64,000 nucleotides of DNA, from contig NC_043003.1 of NCBI RefSeq assembly GCF_006345805.1, positions 14,384,001-14,448,000 of the forward strand, read 5' to 3'. Origin of the DNA: Octopus sinensis (lineage: Eukaryota). Positions 11,696-23,717 of the stretch are shown one piece after another. The notes under the pieces were generated by a model that saw nothing but the letters and a program-made list of their open reading frames with translations, was not told the DNA's origin and did not search any database. Position 1 is the stretch's first letter. Each line of letters opens with the position of its first letter. The position numbers and the translations under genes are program-made.

Positions 11696-11895
11696 GGTGG
11701 TAATTCGGCAGAATTGGTAGCATGCTGGGCAAAATTTTGTCTGTCTTTACATTTTGATCTCAAATTCCACTGAGGTCATTGTGGTCTTTCATTCTTCCAG
11801 GTTCGATAAAATAAATAGCAGTCGAGTGCTGATGTACTCGTTTAACACTATCCCCACAAATTCCAGGCCTTGTGTCAATATTAGAAACGATTACA
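11694..11895 (+). mobile_element. SINE family B (ATT-flanked variant)
   Basis: (att)n-aaggtggtaattcggcagaattggtagc ... ccacaaattccaggccttgtg...agaaacgatta. Confidence 0.7.
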
Positions 11896-12106
11896 TCTTG
11901 ACCCTTAAGGAAAGATTACCGTTCATTCGTTCACTTGCAAATGCTGTAACGTATATTATCGTTCCATGCGTTGATTTGGTATTTAAAGCACCACGTTAAC
12001 ACTTACAGTTAGCAAATTGTTATCGTTTAACTTAACAAGGAAAGAAGAATTCTTGAAGAATCCTCCATAAGCCAAATCTTACGATATGTTAAACAACAAG
12101 AACAAA

Positions 12107-12124
12107 CTAATAATAATAATAATA

Positions 12125-12159
<35 letters not shown>

Positions 12160-12348
12160 AATAATAACGATAATAATAATAATAATAACAATAATAATAA
12201 TAATAATAATAACGATAATAATAATGATAATAATAATAATAATAATAATATAATAATAATGATAATAATGATAATAATAATAACGATAATAATAATAATA
12301 ATGATAATAATAACAATAATAATAACGATAATAATAATGATAATAATG

Positions 12349-12389
<41 letters not shown>

Positions 12390-12504
12390 ATAATAATAAT
12401 ATAATAATAATATAATGATAATAATGATAATAATAATAACGATAATAATAATAATAATGATAATAATAACAATAATAATAACGATAATAATAATGATAAT
12501 AATG

Positions 12505-12559
<55 letters not shown>

Positions 12560-12630
12560 TAATGATAATAATAATAATAATAATGATAATAATAATAATA
12601 ATAATAATAACAATGATAATAATAATAATA
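12107..12630. repeat. (AAT/GAT)n compound microsatellite with internally duplicated block
   Basis: The pattern aacgataataataataatgataataataacaataataataacg recurs at about 12283 and 12438. Confidence 0.95.
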
Positions 12631-13138
12631 CGAAAAGTAGTGAATATAGAAATGAAATGACGAAAATTAGAAAGAAGTAAAACAGAAGAAGAAGAAGAAG
12701 AAGGAATAAAAGTTGAAATAGGTCTTTATTTAATTAGTATTCTTCGGTGGTATTTACACTGTTTTCTTTCATCTGATAACATTATTAGTAAGTCGTTTCA
12801 ATTCTTTAATCTTCTGACTTGTTTAGTAAATTGTAAGATTATTAAGTTGGCTATATGATTGTCATTATTCGTTTTCTTTGCAATGGTTTTGTTTTGTTTG
12901 CTTCATTTATTTATTTTTTTTGGGTTTTGTTTTGTTTTTTTTTTTGAATTCTACGTTTTTTATTCCTGTTGTTTTTTTTTTGCATCCCCTTCCTCCTTCT
13001 CCCTCTCACCATCACTCCCCCCACCATTATTTGTTTGTTTGTTTATTCATTTTTTTTCATCAAGTAAGCCATTTATATCTTTTAATCTGCAAAACAAGAT
13101 TATCCTGTTATCAATTTTACAACATCTGCTTTTATAGA

Positions 13139-13624
13139 TTAAATATATATATATATATATACACACACATATAGACAAATACATATATACGCATATTTAA
13201 ATATGTGTGTGTGTATATATATATATATATATACACACATATGTATATATAATGGATATGAATATGTCACCTTTCTGAATATATGAATATATGTACTTAT
13301 GTGTACATATATATATATATACATGTGTGTGGTGGGGTGAGTGTGTATATGTATATGTATATATATGTATGCATGTACATTTATATAGATATGCATATAT
13401 ATAAATATATGTATATATATGTGTATATATGTATGTATGTATGTATCTATCTATCTATCTATCTCTCTATATATATCTTTGTGTGTATATATGTGTATAT
13501 TTGTGTATACATATTATGTATATATGTTTATATACATATATACACATGCACAAACATACATGCATACATACATACATACATACATGCATACATACATACA
13601 TGCATACATACATACATGCATACA

Positions 13625-13655
<31 letters not shown>

Positions 13656-13685
13656 CATACATGCATACATACATACATGCATACA

Positions 13686-13716
<31 letters not shown>

Positions 13717-14062
13717 CATACATGCATACATACATACATACATACATACATACATACATTCATACATACATACATACATACATACATACATACATACATA
13801 CATACATACATACATGCATACATACATACATGCATACATACATACATACATACATACATACATACATGCATGCATGCATACATACATACATACATACATA
13901 CATACATACATACATACATACGTACATACATACATACATTCATACATACATACATACATGCATACATACATACATACATACATACATACATAATACATAC
14001 ATATATACATGCCATTTCATTTTCATTTATTATTATCATCATCATCATCATTATTATTGTTA

Positions 14063-14107
<45 letters not shown>

Positions 14108-14115
14108 TATTATTT
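13139..14115. repeat. (TA)n/(CATA)n/(ATT)n compound microsatellite
   Basis: About 450 bp of CATA/CATG repeats plus flanking TA and ATT runs. It is the source of the many YI/HT ORFs. Confidence 0.95.
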
Positions 14116-14563
14116 TTCAGGTGAATTCTCTCTCCGCTTGTGATGAGAACTAATTGAATTGCCAATCTTTTTACTGTGGTGAACACTTCCACTTCGCAGG
14201 CAAGCACCGACATCCAGAACACACAAGCTAAAACATTTCCTCTGATTCAATAACACACACACACACACATACAAAACAGCACAGTAAAGAATCACTACTA
14301 CTACTACTACTGCTGCTACCAATGCTGCTGCTGCTGCTACCAATGCTGCTGCTGCTGCAGTTTCTTGTTTTTGTTGATGTTGTCATCGTCATCACGGTTG
14401 TTCTGTCACTGCTTGCTGCTTGCTGTTTAGTTTCTAAGCAATTTCATAGCACTGTGAGTGACGTGCGTGACAGCTTTTCCGAGTGTAATTTAGTGAAATG
14501 AAGTAAAACAGTATGTAGCTAACATCGCTGTAGTGTAGCAGTGTGTCACGAAGTAGCACATAT

Positions 14564-14630
<67 letters not shown>

Positions 14631-14644
14631 TATATGTATATATT

Positions 14645-15385
14645 GTTTTCTGCTCTAGGCACAAGGCGTGAAATTTTGGGGGAGGGTGCCAGTTGATTAG
14701 ATCGATCCCAGTATGCAACTGGTACTTAATTTATCGACCCTGAAAGGATGAAAAGCAAAGTCGGCCTCGGTGGAATTTGAACTCAGAACGTAAAGACAGA
14801 TGAAGTACCGCTAAGCATTTTGTCTGGCGTGCTAACGTTTCTGCCAGCTTGCCACCTTAAAAATATTCTTTTCTACTCTAGCCACAAAACCTGAAATTTT
14901 GGTGGGAGTGGGGCCAGTTGATTAGATCAACCTCAGTATGCAACTGGTACTTAATTTATCAACCCCGAAAGGATGAAAGGCAAAGTCGACCTCAGCGGAA
15001 TTTGAACTCAGAAATTAAAGACAAACAAGCAGCATATATATATGTTCTCTTCTACTCTAGGCACAAGACCTGAAATTTTGGTGGGAGGGGGCCAGTTCAT
15101 TAGATTGACACCAGTACCCAGCTGGTACTTAATTTATCGACCCTGAAAGGATGAAAGGCAAAGTTGACTTCATTGAAATTTGAACTCAGAATATAAAAAC
15201 GGACAAGTAGCATATATATATTTATTTCTACTCTTGGCAGAAGACCTGAAATTTTTTGGGGAGAGGGCCAGTCGATTAGATTGACCCCAGTATGCAACTG
15301 GTACTTAATTTATCGACCCTGAAAAGGATGAAATCAAAGTCGACCTCAGCAGAATTTGAACTTAGAATGTGAAGACAGACATGTA
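14645..15385 (-). mobile_element. Head-to-tail array of four family B SINE units
   Basis: Four successive ggcacaag(a)cctgaaattt...ggtacttaatttatcgaccc...gaatttgaactcagaa units. Only the first on the plus strand (14645-14860) retains the tRNA head. Confidence 0.85.
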
Positions 15386-15738
15386 GCACATATATATATA
15401 TATTGAATGTATAGTGTACTACATGATGATGTAGCACTGTGTTGCTATTGGTGCTGTTGTTGTTGTTGTTGTTAAGCAACAAGGCGGGTAAGGGTGATTA
15501 GCTGATGGTCTAGGGGCTTAGGGGCGGGAGATCCCAGACCTTGGAAAAAGAAACAACTACGGTCGTCTCGTAGTCGAGGGCTCTTCGGTGATGCCCAATA
15601 CTGCTGGGAGGTGGCCCTTGAAGTCGCTGGACATGGAGATTTCCAGGTCCAAATTCTTGAACGGCGCTATTGGGTGCTAGTTTAATGTGCCATCTACTGC
15701 AGTAGCTGTTGTGTATACAGTGAAATAAACTGATCTGG

Positions 15739-16140
15739 ATTAGGATTGAAGTTTAGGGATACAGTTAAGGTTTAGGGTTCGAGTTAGTGTTAGGATTAAG
15801 AGTTAGGGTTAGGTTAGGGTTTAGAGTTAGGGTTTAAATTTGGGTAAGAGTTAGTTTATGGTTAGGGTTAAGTTAGGGTTTGAGTTAAGGATTGGATTGG
15901 TTTAGAGTTAGCACTAGGTTAGTGTTAGGGTTTAGGGTTAGGGTTCAGGGTTAGGATTTAGGGTTAGGGTTAGGTTAGGGTTAGGTTGGGGTTAAGCTTT
16001 AGGGTTAGGATATAGGGTTACAGTTTAAGGTTATGGTTAAAGTTAGAATTTTGGATTAGGGTTTGGATTTAGGGTTAGTGTTAGAATTAGGGCTTTCGAT
16101 TAGAGTTAGGGTTAAGATTAGGATTAGAGCATGGGTTTGA
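15739..16140 (+). repeat. Degenerate interstitial telomeric (TTAGGG)n tract
   Basis: About 400 bp of TTAGGG and variants (TTAGG, TTTAGGG, TTAGAG, TTAGTG). Confidence 0.85.
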
Positions 16141-16431
16141 CTGCAAAATAAAATAGTGTCTATTATTGTTTGTTGTTTGTGTAACTCTTTAGCATTCAGA
16201 TTACTCAGTCAAATGTAAGGCTTATTTACTAATTTACTTGTTTCAGTCATTTGACTGCGGTCATGCTGGAGCATTACCTCTAGCCAAATGAATCGACCCC
16301 CAGGACTTATTCTTTGTAAGCCTAGTAGTTACTCTATCGGTCTCTTTTGCCGAGCAGGTAGGTTACGGGGATGTAAACTCACCAACATCGGTTGTCAAGT
16401 GATGGTGGGGGGGGGGACAAACACAGACACA

Positions 16432-16468
<37 letters not shown>

Positions 16469-16558
16469 ATGCACACAATCTCACATATGCAAACCTCCTC
16501 CCCTTATATATGTGTGTATGTATATATATGTTGTGTATATATATATATGTGTATATAT

Positions 16559-16861
16559 ATCACCGTGACCAACCGGGCTATCTGATGTTGCTACACATTG
16601 CTGGTCACAATGTGCTTTGCATTGTGTTAGCCTCCAAATGACGCCACCCCGCTGGCTAAGGAAGCAGGCCAACAGAAGAAAGAGTGAGAGAAAGTTGTGG
16701 TGAAAGAGTAGAGCAGGGACTGCCACCACCCCCTGCCAGAGTCTCGTGGAGCTTTAGGTGTTTTCGGTCAATAAACACTGACAACACTCGATTATGGAAT
16801 TGAAATCGCAATCCTACAACCGTGAGTCCGCTGCCCTAACCACTGGGCCATTGTGCCTCCA
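16559..16861 (-). mobile_element. tRNA-derived SINE, head H2 + tail T4
   Basis: Minus strand tggaggcacaatggcccagtggttagggcagcggactc ... ctttcaccacaactttctctcactc, then cttagccagcggggtggcgtcattt...ggtcacggtgat. Tail T4 also occurs at 53285-53405. Confidence 0.75.
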
Positions 16862-16908
16862 CACATGTATATATATATGATATGTATATATATATACATA
16901 CATAGATG

Positions 16909-16941
<33 letters not shown>

Positions 16942-17279
16942 GCACACATATGTATGTATAAACATACTTACATTTAGATATATGTGTGAATGTATCATAT
17001 ATATCTATGTCTCTACACAGGTGGGTGTATACACATATATACCTGCATATAATATATGTGTGTGTGCAAGTGTGTGTGTGTGTGAGTCAGTACGTGTGCA
17101 TGCGGTTACACACACACACACACACACACACACATACGCACACAGTTATTTGTAATCTCTCAGAGTGGTTTATCTTGTTTTTCAACTCTCATCCGACTAC
17201 GATTCATTTGTCAATGTATGAAAACCAGTGTTTGAACAATCTCTCCTTTGTCACCCAACAAAAGCACCATGCCATTCAA

Positions 17280-17826
17280 TGCTGTCGTCGTCATCGTCAT
17301 CGTCATCATCATCACCACCACCACCACCACCAGCGTCATCATTGTCGTCATCAACAACGTCATTGTCATCATCAGCATCGTCACCATCTTTGTCGCTATT
17401 TTGGTCGTTGTTGTCATCGTTGTCCAAGTCGTCGTCGTCATCATCAGCATCATCACCATCATCATCATCACCGTTGTCATCATTGTTGTCATCATTGTTA
17501 TCATCATCGTCATCATCATCACCATCATCATCGTCATTGTCATCATCATCATCATCTTCGTCGCTATTTTGATCATTGCTGTCATCGTTGTCCAAGTCGT
17601 CATCATCATCATCATCATCATTATTGTTGTCATCGTCATCATCATCATCATCATCGTTGTTGTCATCATCTTCTTCACTATCTTACTCATTGTTGTCGTC
17701 GTCATCATCATCATTATCCTCATCATCATCATCATTGTTGTTATTGTTGTCAACATCGTCATCATCATCACCATCATCATCGTCATTGTCATCATCATCA
17801 TTATGATCATCATTATTATCATTATG

Positions 17827-17857
<31 letters not shown>

Positions 17858-17862
17858 CACTA
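17280..17862. repeat. (CAT/CGT)n degenerate microsatellite with duplicated block
   Basis: The block atctt(t/c)gtcgctatttt...catcgttgtccaagtcgtc is repeated at about 17387 and 17553. Confidence 0.9.
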
Positions 17863-17985
17863 CTCTTTAGAGCAGTGGATTACAGATTCAATAGAGCATT
17901 GAACAAAAGAACCTTATATTTCATTAAGCCAAACTTGATGATTATCTCCTTGTATTTAATTTCCAAAGCAGAATGACCATTAGTA

Positions 17986-18259
17986 CAGTGGTTCCCAAAT
18001 TATTTCAGGCTGCTGCCCCTTTGACACCCAACCCACATTCCTAGTACCCTCACCCCAACTAACCACCACAAACACAGACCTCTTTTTGAAGCAAATTCAA
18101 GCAACTGTATTTCAGAAATAAAACTTAACTTAATGAACTCATTATTTTGCTGTTTTTACATGAATCACTACCCCATTATCACCCCACTTTTCTTCAATGG
18201 TCCCTTGGAAATTTCCACTACCCCCAGGGGGGCAATACCTCCTACTTTGGGAACCACTG
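17986..18259. mobile_element. hAT (Charlie/Buster-type) MITE
   Basis: TIRs cagtggttcccaaa / tttgggaaccactg. Degenerate 8-bp TSD cattagta / ccttagtg with central TA. Confidence 0.8.
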
Positions 18260-18340
18260 CCTTAGTGCATTCTCAGAACACTCGCTTGGTCGCAATTCTA
18301 TATCATATAAACTTCATATTTGAAACTTTATATTTCCCAC

Positions 18341-18897
18341 TTAACCCTTTAGCATTTAAATCAACTGTATCTGGCCAAAATATTCTACCTGTTTTATGCT
18401 CAAACTGGCCAGCTCCAGCCTCTCACACCTATCCTACAATGTCATTCTGAAAATCAACAGTCACATCAAAATCTCAAAGCTACAAAGTTAATTCATTATT
18501 AAGTCATAACAATGCAAACAAGAGCACTCAGAGAGTGCAAACCTCCTCTCAACAATTAGCCAGAGAAGATTTTTAAAATGAGAATATCTGAAGTAAACTT
18601 GAGTGCTCTCACAAATGAGAATACTAAAAATGAACCTGACCGCTCTCAAAAATTAAATGAAAAGACTGGAAAAATAATCCAGAATCCTTGTTCAGTACCA
18701 GAATAAATCAGTTTGTGCTAGTCATGAGGCCAAATATCCATGAAAATTTCATCTGAATCTGTCCAGCAATTCTTGAGATAGATTGTCCATGGACAAACAA
18801 ACAAACACGACTGAAAATAATACCTCAGCCTTTGCTAAGGTGGAGGAAATAAATAAGCATTACATTTAATAGAGTAATCTAAATGCTAAAAGATTAA
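18341..18897. mobile_element. piggyBac-like MITE (TTAA|CCCTTTAGCATT ... AATGCTAAAAGA|TTAA) with nested element
   Basis: TTAA flanks and inverted termini. A related copy follows at about 18960-19187 ending aatgctaaaggg|ttga. Confidence 0.65.
18515..18850 (+). mobile_element. Helentron-associated non-autonomous element (HINE/DINE-1-like)
   Basis: Starts aacaagagcactcagagagtgcaaacctc and ends in gacaaacaaacaaac plus a 3' hairpin cctcagcctt-tgct-aaggtggagg. Confidence 0.55.
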
Positions 18898-19224
18898 AGG
18901 TAGTGGATTTGGTACAAAAACTTAATCTTTTGATTAAATGTTTTATGGCATTCATAGCTTAGCCTCAAGCATTTAAAACCAGTCACATCAGGCCAAAATA
19001 TTCTGCTTTTTTTATGTTTAAACTGGCCAGATCCAGGCTCTCACACTTACCCTACAATGTTGTTTTAAAAATATGCAGTTATATCGTTGAAATATCAAAG
19101 CTATACGATTGTAAATGATTATTTCAACACAATGTGGAATAAATAAGGAGTAAATTTGACAGAGAAATCTGAATGCTAAAGGGTTGAAAAAATTCTGCTT
19201 GATCCAAGTAACCATGGAAATACT

Positions 19225-19590
19225 CTTTACTCTTTTACTTGTTTCAGTCCTTTGACTGTGGCCATGCTGGAGCACCGCCTTTAGTCGAACAAATCGACCC
19301 CAGGACTTATTCTTTGTAAGCCTAGTACTTATTCTATCGGTCTCTTTTGCCGAACCGCTAAGTTACGGGGATGCAAACACACTAGCATCGGTTTTCAAGC
19401 AATGTTGGGGGGACAAACACAGACACACACACATATATATACATATATACGACGGGCTTCTTTCAGTTTCTGTCTACCAAATCCACTCACAAGGCTTTGG
19501 TCGGCCCGAGGCTATAGTAGAAGACACTTGCCCAAGATGCCATGCAGTGGAACTGAACCCGGAACTATGCGGCTGGTAAGCAAACTACTT
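19225..19590 (-). mobile_element. SINE family A
   Basis: Near-full reverse-complement copy from ctcttttacttgtttcagtc to ggtaagcaaactact. Confidence 0.8.
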
Positions 19591-20307
19591 CAGTGACTGA
19601 AAGAAACAAAAAAAATAAAAAGATATATTTGTAATTTCTCAAGATCATGGATATCAGTTTTATGGTATTAGCATGTGCTGTGTATAGAATGATTGTGAAC
19701 TTCAGAAGTAAAACTTCTAGGCATTGTTCTTTGGTTCCTTGTTCCTTTTTAGTTTTCCATTTTATTCTGGATACTAGCAGCAGTAGGGAGTGGACCCTAT
19801 TTTTATTAGGGGGAGCCAAACCTTTTGAAAACAGCAACCCAATTCTACCACTTCTGTTACATATGCTTTTGTAGCAAGATCAATGTTAAAACCATATGCT
19901 CTGGCATTCCTCATAAATCCTGGATGAGTAGTTATTGTTTTTTATTGACGTTTGTAGTGTTGGCCATGGTTGAGTTGATGTATTGCATACAGCGTTTATT
20001 TTGTTTCAAGTTGCATCCTTTTGCCTTGTTTCCATGTGGTGTCCCGTTCTTGTTTGATATGATCACATGATGTTCTTTGTTGTTAGAAAACATATTTTTG
20101 TTCAAAACCAAAACAAAATATAAGAGTTTTTTTTTTATACTGGAATCCAAATAACATCACTATCAACTTGTTTTGTAAATTTTATTCTTGGATTCAATTA
20201 TTGGATTTCATTCCTATTTTTTTTTATTACAGAATTCTTTGTTTCATCAGCCATGTTGTCAGACTAAGCCTAGGGCCCAACCTTATTATTGAAGTTTTTA
20301 TTATTAC

Positions 20308-20364
<57 letters not shown>

Positions 20365-20375
20365 ATCATCATCGT

Positions 20376-20595
20376 TATTAAGGCAGCGAGATGGTAGAAT
20401 CGTTAACACGCCAGACAAAATGCTTAGTGGCATTTCATCTGTCCTGAATTCAAATCCTGCCGGGGTCGGACTTTACCTTTCATCCTTTCGGGGTTGATAA
20501 AATATGTACCAGTCATGTACTGGGGATCGGTGAAAGCAACTTATCCCCTTACCCAAAATTTCAGGCCTTGTGCCTGTAATGGAAAGGATTATTAT
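20376..20595 (+). mobile_element. SINE family B (ATT-flanked variant)
   Basis: ttattaaggcagcgagatggtagaatcgttaac ... cttgtgcctgtaatggaaaggattattat. Confidence 0.75.
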
Positions 20596-21792
20596 GTGAT
20601 GGAAACTCAGAGCTTATTTTGCTGGGTATGATGGAAAGAGCCAGCTGTCCACAGCCTGCAGACTAAGGTGACACTTGTTTACTGGTCATGCTTCAAGAAC
20701 CCTGCAAAGAATTCTTGCAGTTCCAAGTAATGCTGATTTTTGTAGCTGTTCTACCTTCACACTTGCACCAATCTTTTTCAGCCAAGACGGTACTTGAGTG
20801 CTGATACTTCCAAGTGCACCAGTTACCATTGGTATCACGTCTACTCACTTCATTGACCACAACCTTCCTATTTCCCACTTTAAATTGTCATAATTGTTTA
20901 TTTTTTCCTCTTCTTTCACATTGATCCTGTTGTCACCAGGGCATGGTATGTCGATTATCATGCATGTTCTTTCTTTTTTATTCACCACAACAATATCCTG
21001 TTTCCGATGCCTGGTCAGATGATCGCTCTGGATCATTGCATCCCACAGAATTTTGCAATTCTCACTCTTGGTGACTCCTCCTGGGGTTTGCTCATACCAT
21101 GTCTTTGCTGTTTGTAGGCCATGATTTCTACAGAGCTCCCAATGAATCATTCTTGCCACATTCTCATGGCATCTTTTGTATTTGCGTTGTGCCAAACTAT
21201 TTCACCCCTCTCACCACACATTCTGCATTTAACGCTGTTGGTAGTGTTGTCTATTCTGCACTTCACATAGTTGGTCCTTAATGCTTGTTCTTGAGCTGCG
21301 CATATGAGTACTTCTGTGTCTATCTTCAGGTCACTCTTCCTCATCCATAGCCACCGGTCCTCTGTATCAGTCTTGGCATTCACATCTCTTGCAAACTGAC
21401 CGTACATTTTTTCCTTCCATGCTTTGTCTTTATTTCTTTCATTATACAATGTCCAGCTTTGATGGTGTTAGGAAGGGCATCCAGCTGTAAAAACTCTGCC
21501 AGATCAGATTGGAGCCTGGTGCAGCCATCTGGTTTGCCGGTCTTCAGTCAAATCATCCAACACATGCTAGCATGGAAAGCAGACATTAAACGATTATGAT
21601 GATGACGGCCTTCTTCGTATGTTTCAGCAATAGCTCCACACCATTTTTTATATACCACCCTAAGTTGGTTTCCCCTGCTTTGATACAGTCCTGGCAACTG
21701 ATCAAACCTCTCACACCCTTTCTTCTGGACAAGTACAGCCTGTCAGTGTCACTCTTAGGGTAGAAAGCTCCATGTACCATCAACATTTTCTG
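20596..21792 (-). mobile_element. 5'-truncated Dong/R4-clade RLE non-LTR retrotransposon
   Basis: Frameshifted ORF: HGAFYPKSDTDRLYLSR; MYGQFARD...WLWMRKSDLKIDTEVLICAAQEQALRTN; CRMCG zinc knuckle; HENVARMIHWELC; KILWD...DIVVVNKKERTCMIIDIPCPGD (PD-(D/E)xK RLE); LQKSALLGTARIL...* (stop at 20686-20688). Flanked by (TAA)n at both ends. Confidence 0.85.
21455..21606 (+). mobile_element. RTE 3' UTR fragment (family C) inserted into the Dong element
   Basis: ggtgttaggaagggcatccagctg...gacattaaacgattatgatgatgac interrupts the Dong ORF between the 21586-21786 and 21147-21449 ORFs. Confidence 0.75.
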
Positions 21793-22279
21793 ATTATTAT
21801 TATTACCCTTTTACTCTTTTACTCGTTTAAGTCATTTGACTGTGGCCATGTTGGAGCACTGGCTATAGTCAAGCAAATCAATCCCAGGACATATTCTTTG
21901 TAAGCCTGGTACTTATTCTATCAATCTCTTTTGCCGAATTGCTAAGTTACAAGGATATAAACACACCAGCATCAGTTGTCAAGCAATGGATTTGGTAGAC
22001 AGAAACTGAAAGAAGCTCGTCATATATATGTATATATATATATGTATATATATGTGCATGTGTTTATGTGTCTATGTTTATCCCCCCAACATCGCTTGAC
22101 AACCGATGCTGGTGTATTTACGTCCCCTTAACTTAGTGGTTCTGCAAAAGAGACTGATAGAATAGTACTAGGCTTACAGAGAATAAGTCCTGGGGTCGAT
22201 TTGCTCGACTAAAGGTGGTGCTCCAGCATGGCCGCAGTCAAATGACTGAAACAAGTAAAAGAGTATATAGTTATGCCTG

Positions 22280-22317
<38 letters not shown>

Positions 22318-22422
22318 TCTTTCTCTTTCTCTCATATATATATATATATGTTATATATATAGATACATCACATCATTTAATTCACCAATAAATTCAAATG
22401 TAGAACTTATGTATCCATTATG

Positions 22423-22512
22423 GCTGATCTTACCAATTGATTTTGCACTAAGGGTTCTACGGAGTGTTAGGTAACTGTCTAATTATGTAACCCTTTGCTC
22501 TTCAGAGGTAGC
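22423..22512 (-). ncRNA. Degenerate type-I hammerhead ribozyme
   Basis: gctacct-CTGAAGA-gca/aagggtt...aaccctt/ag/tgc-AAAA (G12>A, consistent with CpG decay)-tcaattgg-TA-agat(c)agc. Confidence 0.65.
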
Positions 22513-22629
22513 TGTTATTGAATGAAATATGGTGACTGCTCTACTGACAAACACCCAGTCTACCGATAGATGAGTGCATTTTTAGATGGCTTACATACTA
22601 CTACATACATATATACATACTATATATAC

Positions 22630-22689
<60 letters not shown>

Positions 22690-22695
22690 TATGTA

Positions 22696-22901
22696 TATAT
22701 AAGGGAAGTTTACAAAATAAACAAAAGACGAAGGCAAGTGGAGTACAAACAAACAAATGTATTAGTATACCACTCAGGAATAGGAAAAGTCTTTTACGTT
22801 TCGAGCCTACGCTCTTTGACAGAAAGATATACAGAAAAAGACAAGGAGAGAAACTAGGAAAGAAAAAAAATGCGTGTAGGAGCTAACGATCTATCATGGC
22901 G
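22696..22901 (-). mobile_element. About 200-bp hammerhead-bearing repeat (HH-A family)
   Basis: Homologous to 23172-23363 (-) and 58612-58800 (+). Motif at 22790-22827: TCTTT-CTGTCAA-A-GAGC-GTAG-GCTC-GAAA-CG-TA-AAAGA. Confidence 0.75.
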
Positions 22902-22987
22902 TCCTGACTTTGGAAATATAACATTTTTTTCCATAATGAGATAAAAAACCAAGGCTGTGTAGATTTTAGAACATTTATAAATAGAAG

Positions 22988-23035
22988 GTCTTACAGCTGT
23001 TCCTAGGATATTTATTATATCCTTTTATCAGAGAC
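22988..23035 (-). ncRNA. Degenerate type-I hammerhead (HH-B family)
   Basis: GTCT-CTGATAA-AA-GGATAT-AATAA-ATATCC-TA-GGAA-CAGCTG-TA-AGAC. A second copy at 34082-34122 (-) keeps GAAACAGCTGTA but lacks the CTGATGA strand. Confidence 0.65.
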
Positions 23036-23171
23036 GGTGTGAGAAGATGGTTAAGCAATAGTTAATTTAGATAAGATACAAAGTAGAGAGTGAGGTGGTG
23101 GAATGAAAATAGATGTGAGATATGCAGGGATATTGTGTATAAATATTATATTATATATATATATAATATAT

Positions 23172-23363
23172 ATATAGGGAGAGTTTATGAAAAAAACAAA
23201 AGACGATGACAGGTGGTGTACAAAACAAACAGATGTATTAGCATAACGCTCAGGAATAGAAAAAGTCTTTTACATTTCGAGCCTACGCACTTCTTCAGAA
23301 AGGGACACAGAAAAAACAAGGAGAGAAAAAAATGTGTGTAGTGGCTAACGATCAATAATGGCG
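23172..23363 (-). mobile_element. HH-A family repeat, second copy
   Basis: Motif at 23266-23304: CCTTT-CTGAAGA-A-GTGC-GTAG-GCTC-GAAA-TG-TA-AAAGA (core CUGANGA intact, one helix II mismatch). Confidence 0.75.
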
Positions 23364-23717
23364 ATATATATGTATATGTATATACATATACATATATACA
23401 CTCATATACATACATACATATATATATATATATAATAAACACACACACACACACACACATACACATCATCATCACCATCATCCTTGTCATTGAACACACA
23501 GACATGCACATATTTTTTGGGTTTTTTGTGGAAGAGCGTGCAACAAACACAGAAAATATTTTGTCAATTGTGAATCCGATAACGTTACAGTATTTTGAAA
23601 TTGTATTGTAATAGTCATCGTTCACCCTCACCCTCACCGACCTCCCCCTCGCCCCCCCCTCAGGCCGATATGGAAATTAACATTGATCAACTAACGTTTC
23701 TTTTCCTCTGTCTCCAG

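Noticed and set aside
12007-12030. 24-nt minus-strand microexon LNDNNLLT (AAG acceptor, GTAAGT donor)
   Set aside because: It is plausible but within the number of acceptor/donor pairs expected by chance in AT-rich DNA; there is no corroboration.
14121-14199. Plus-strand exon after tttttcag with a GC donor
   Set aside because: All three frames contain stops and the pyrimidine tract is an (ATT)n microsatellite.
12107-14222. Long YI/HT/MYVC and poly-I/L ORFs here and throughout the track
   Set aside because: They are translations of (TA)n, (CATA)n and (AAT)n microsatellites, which lack stops in some frames; there is no domain content.
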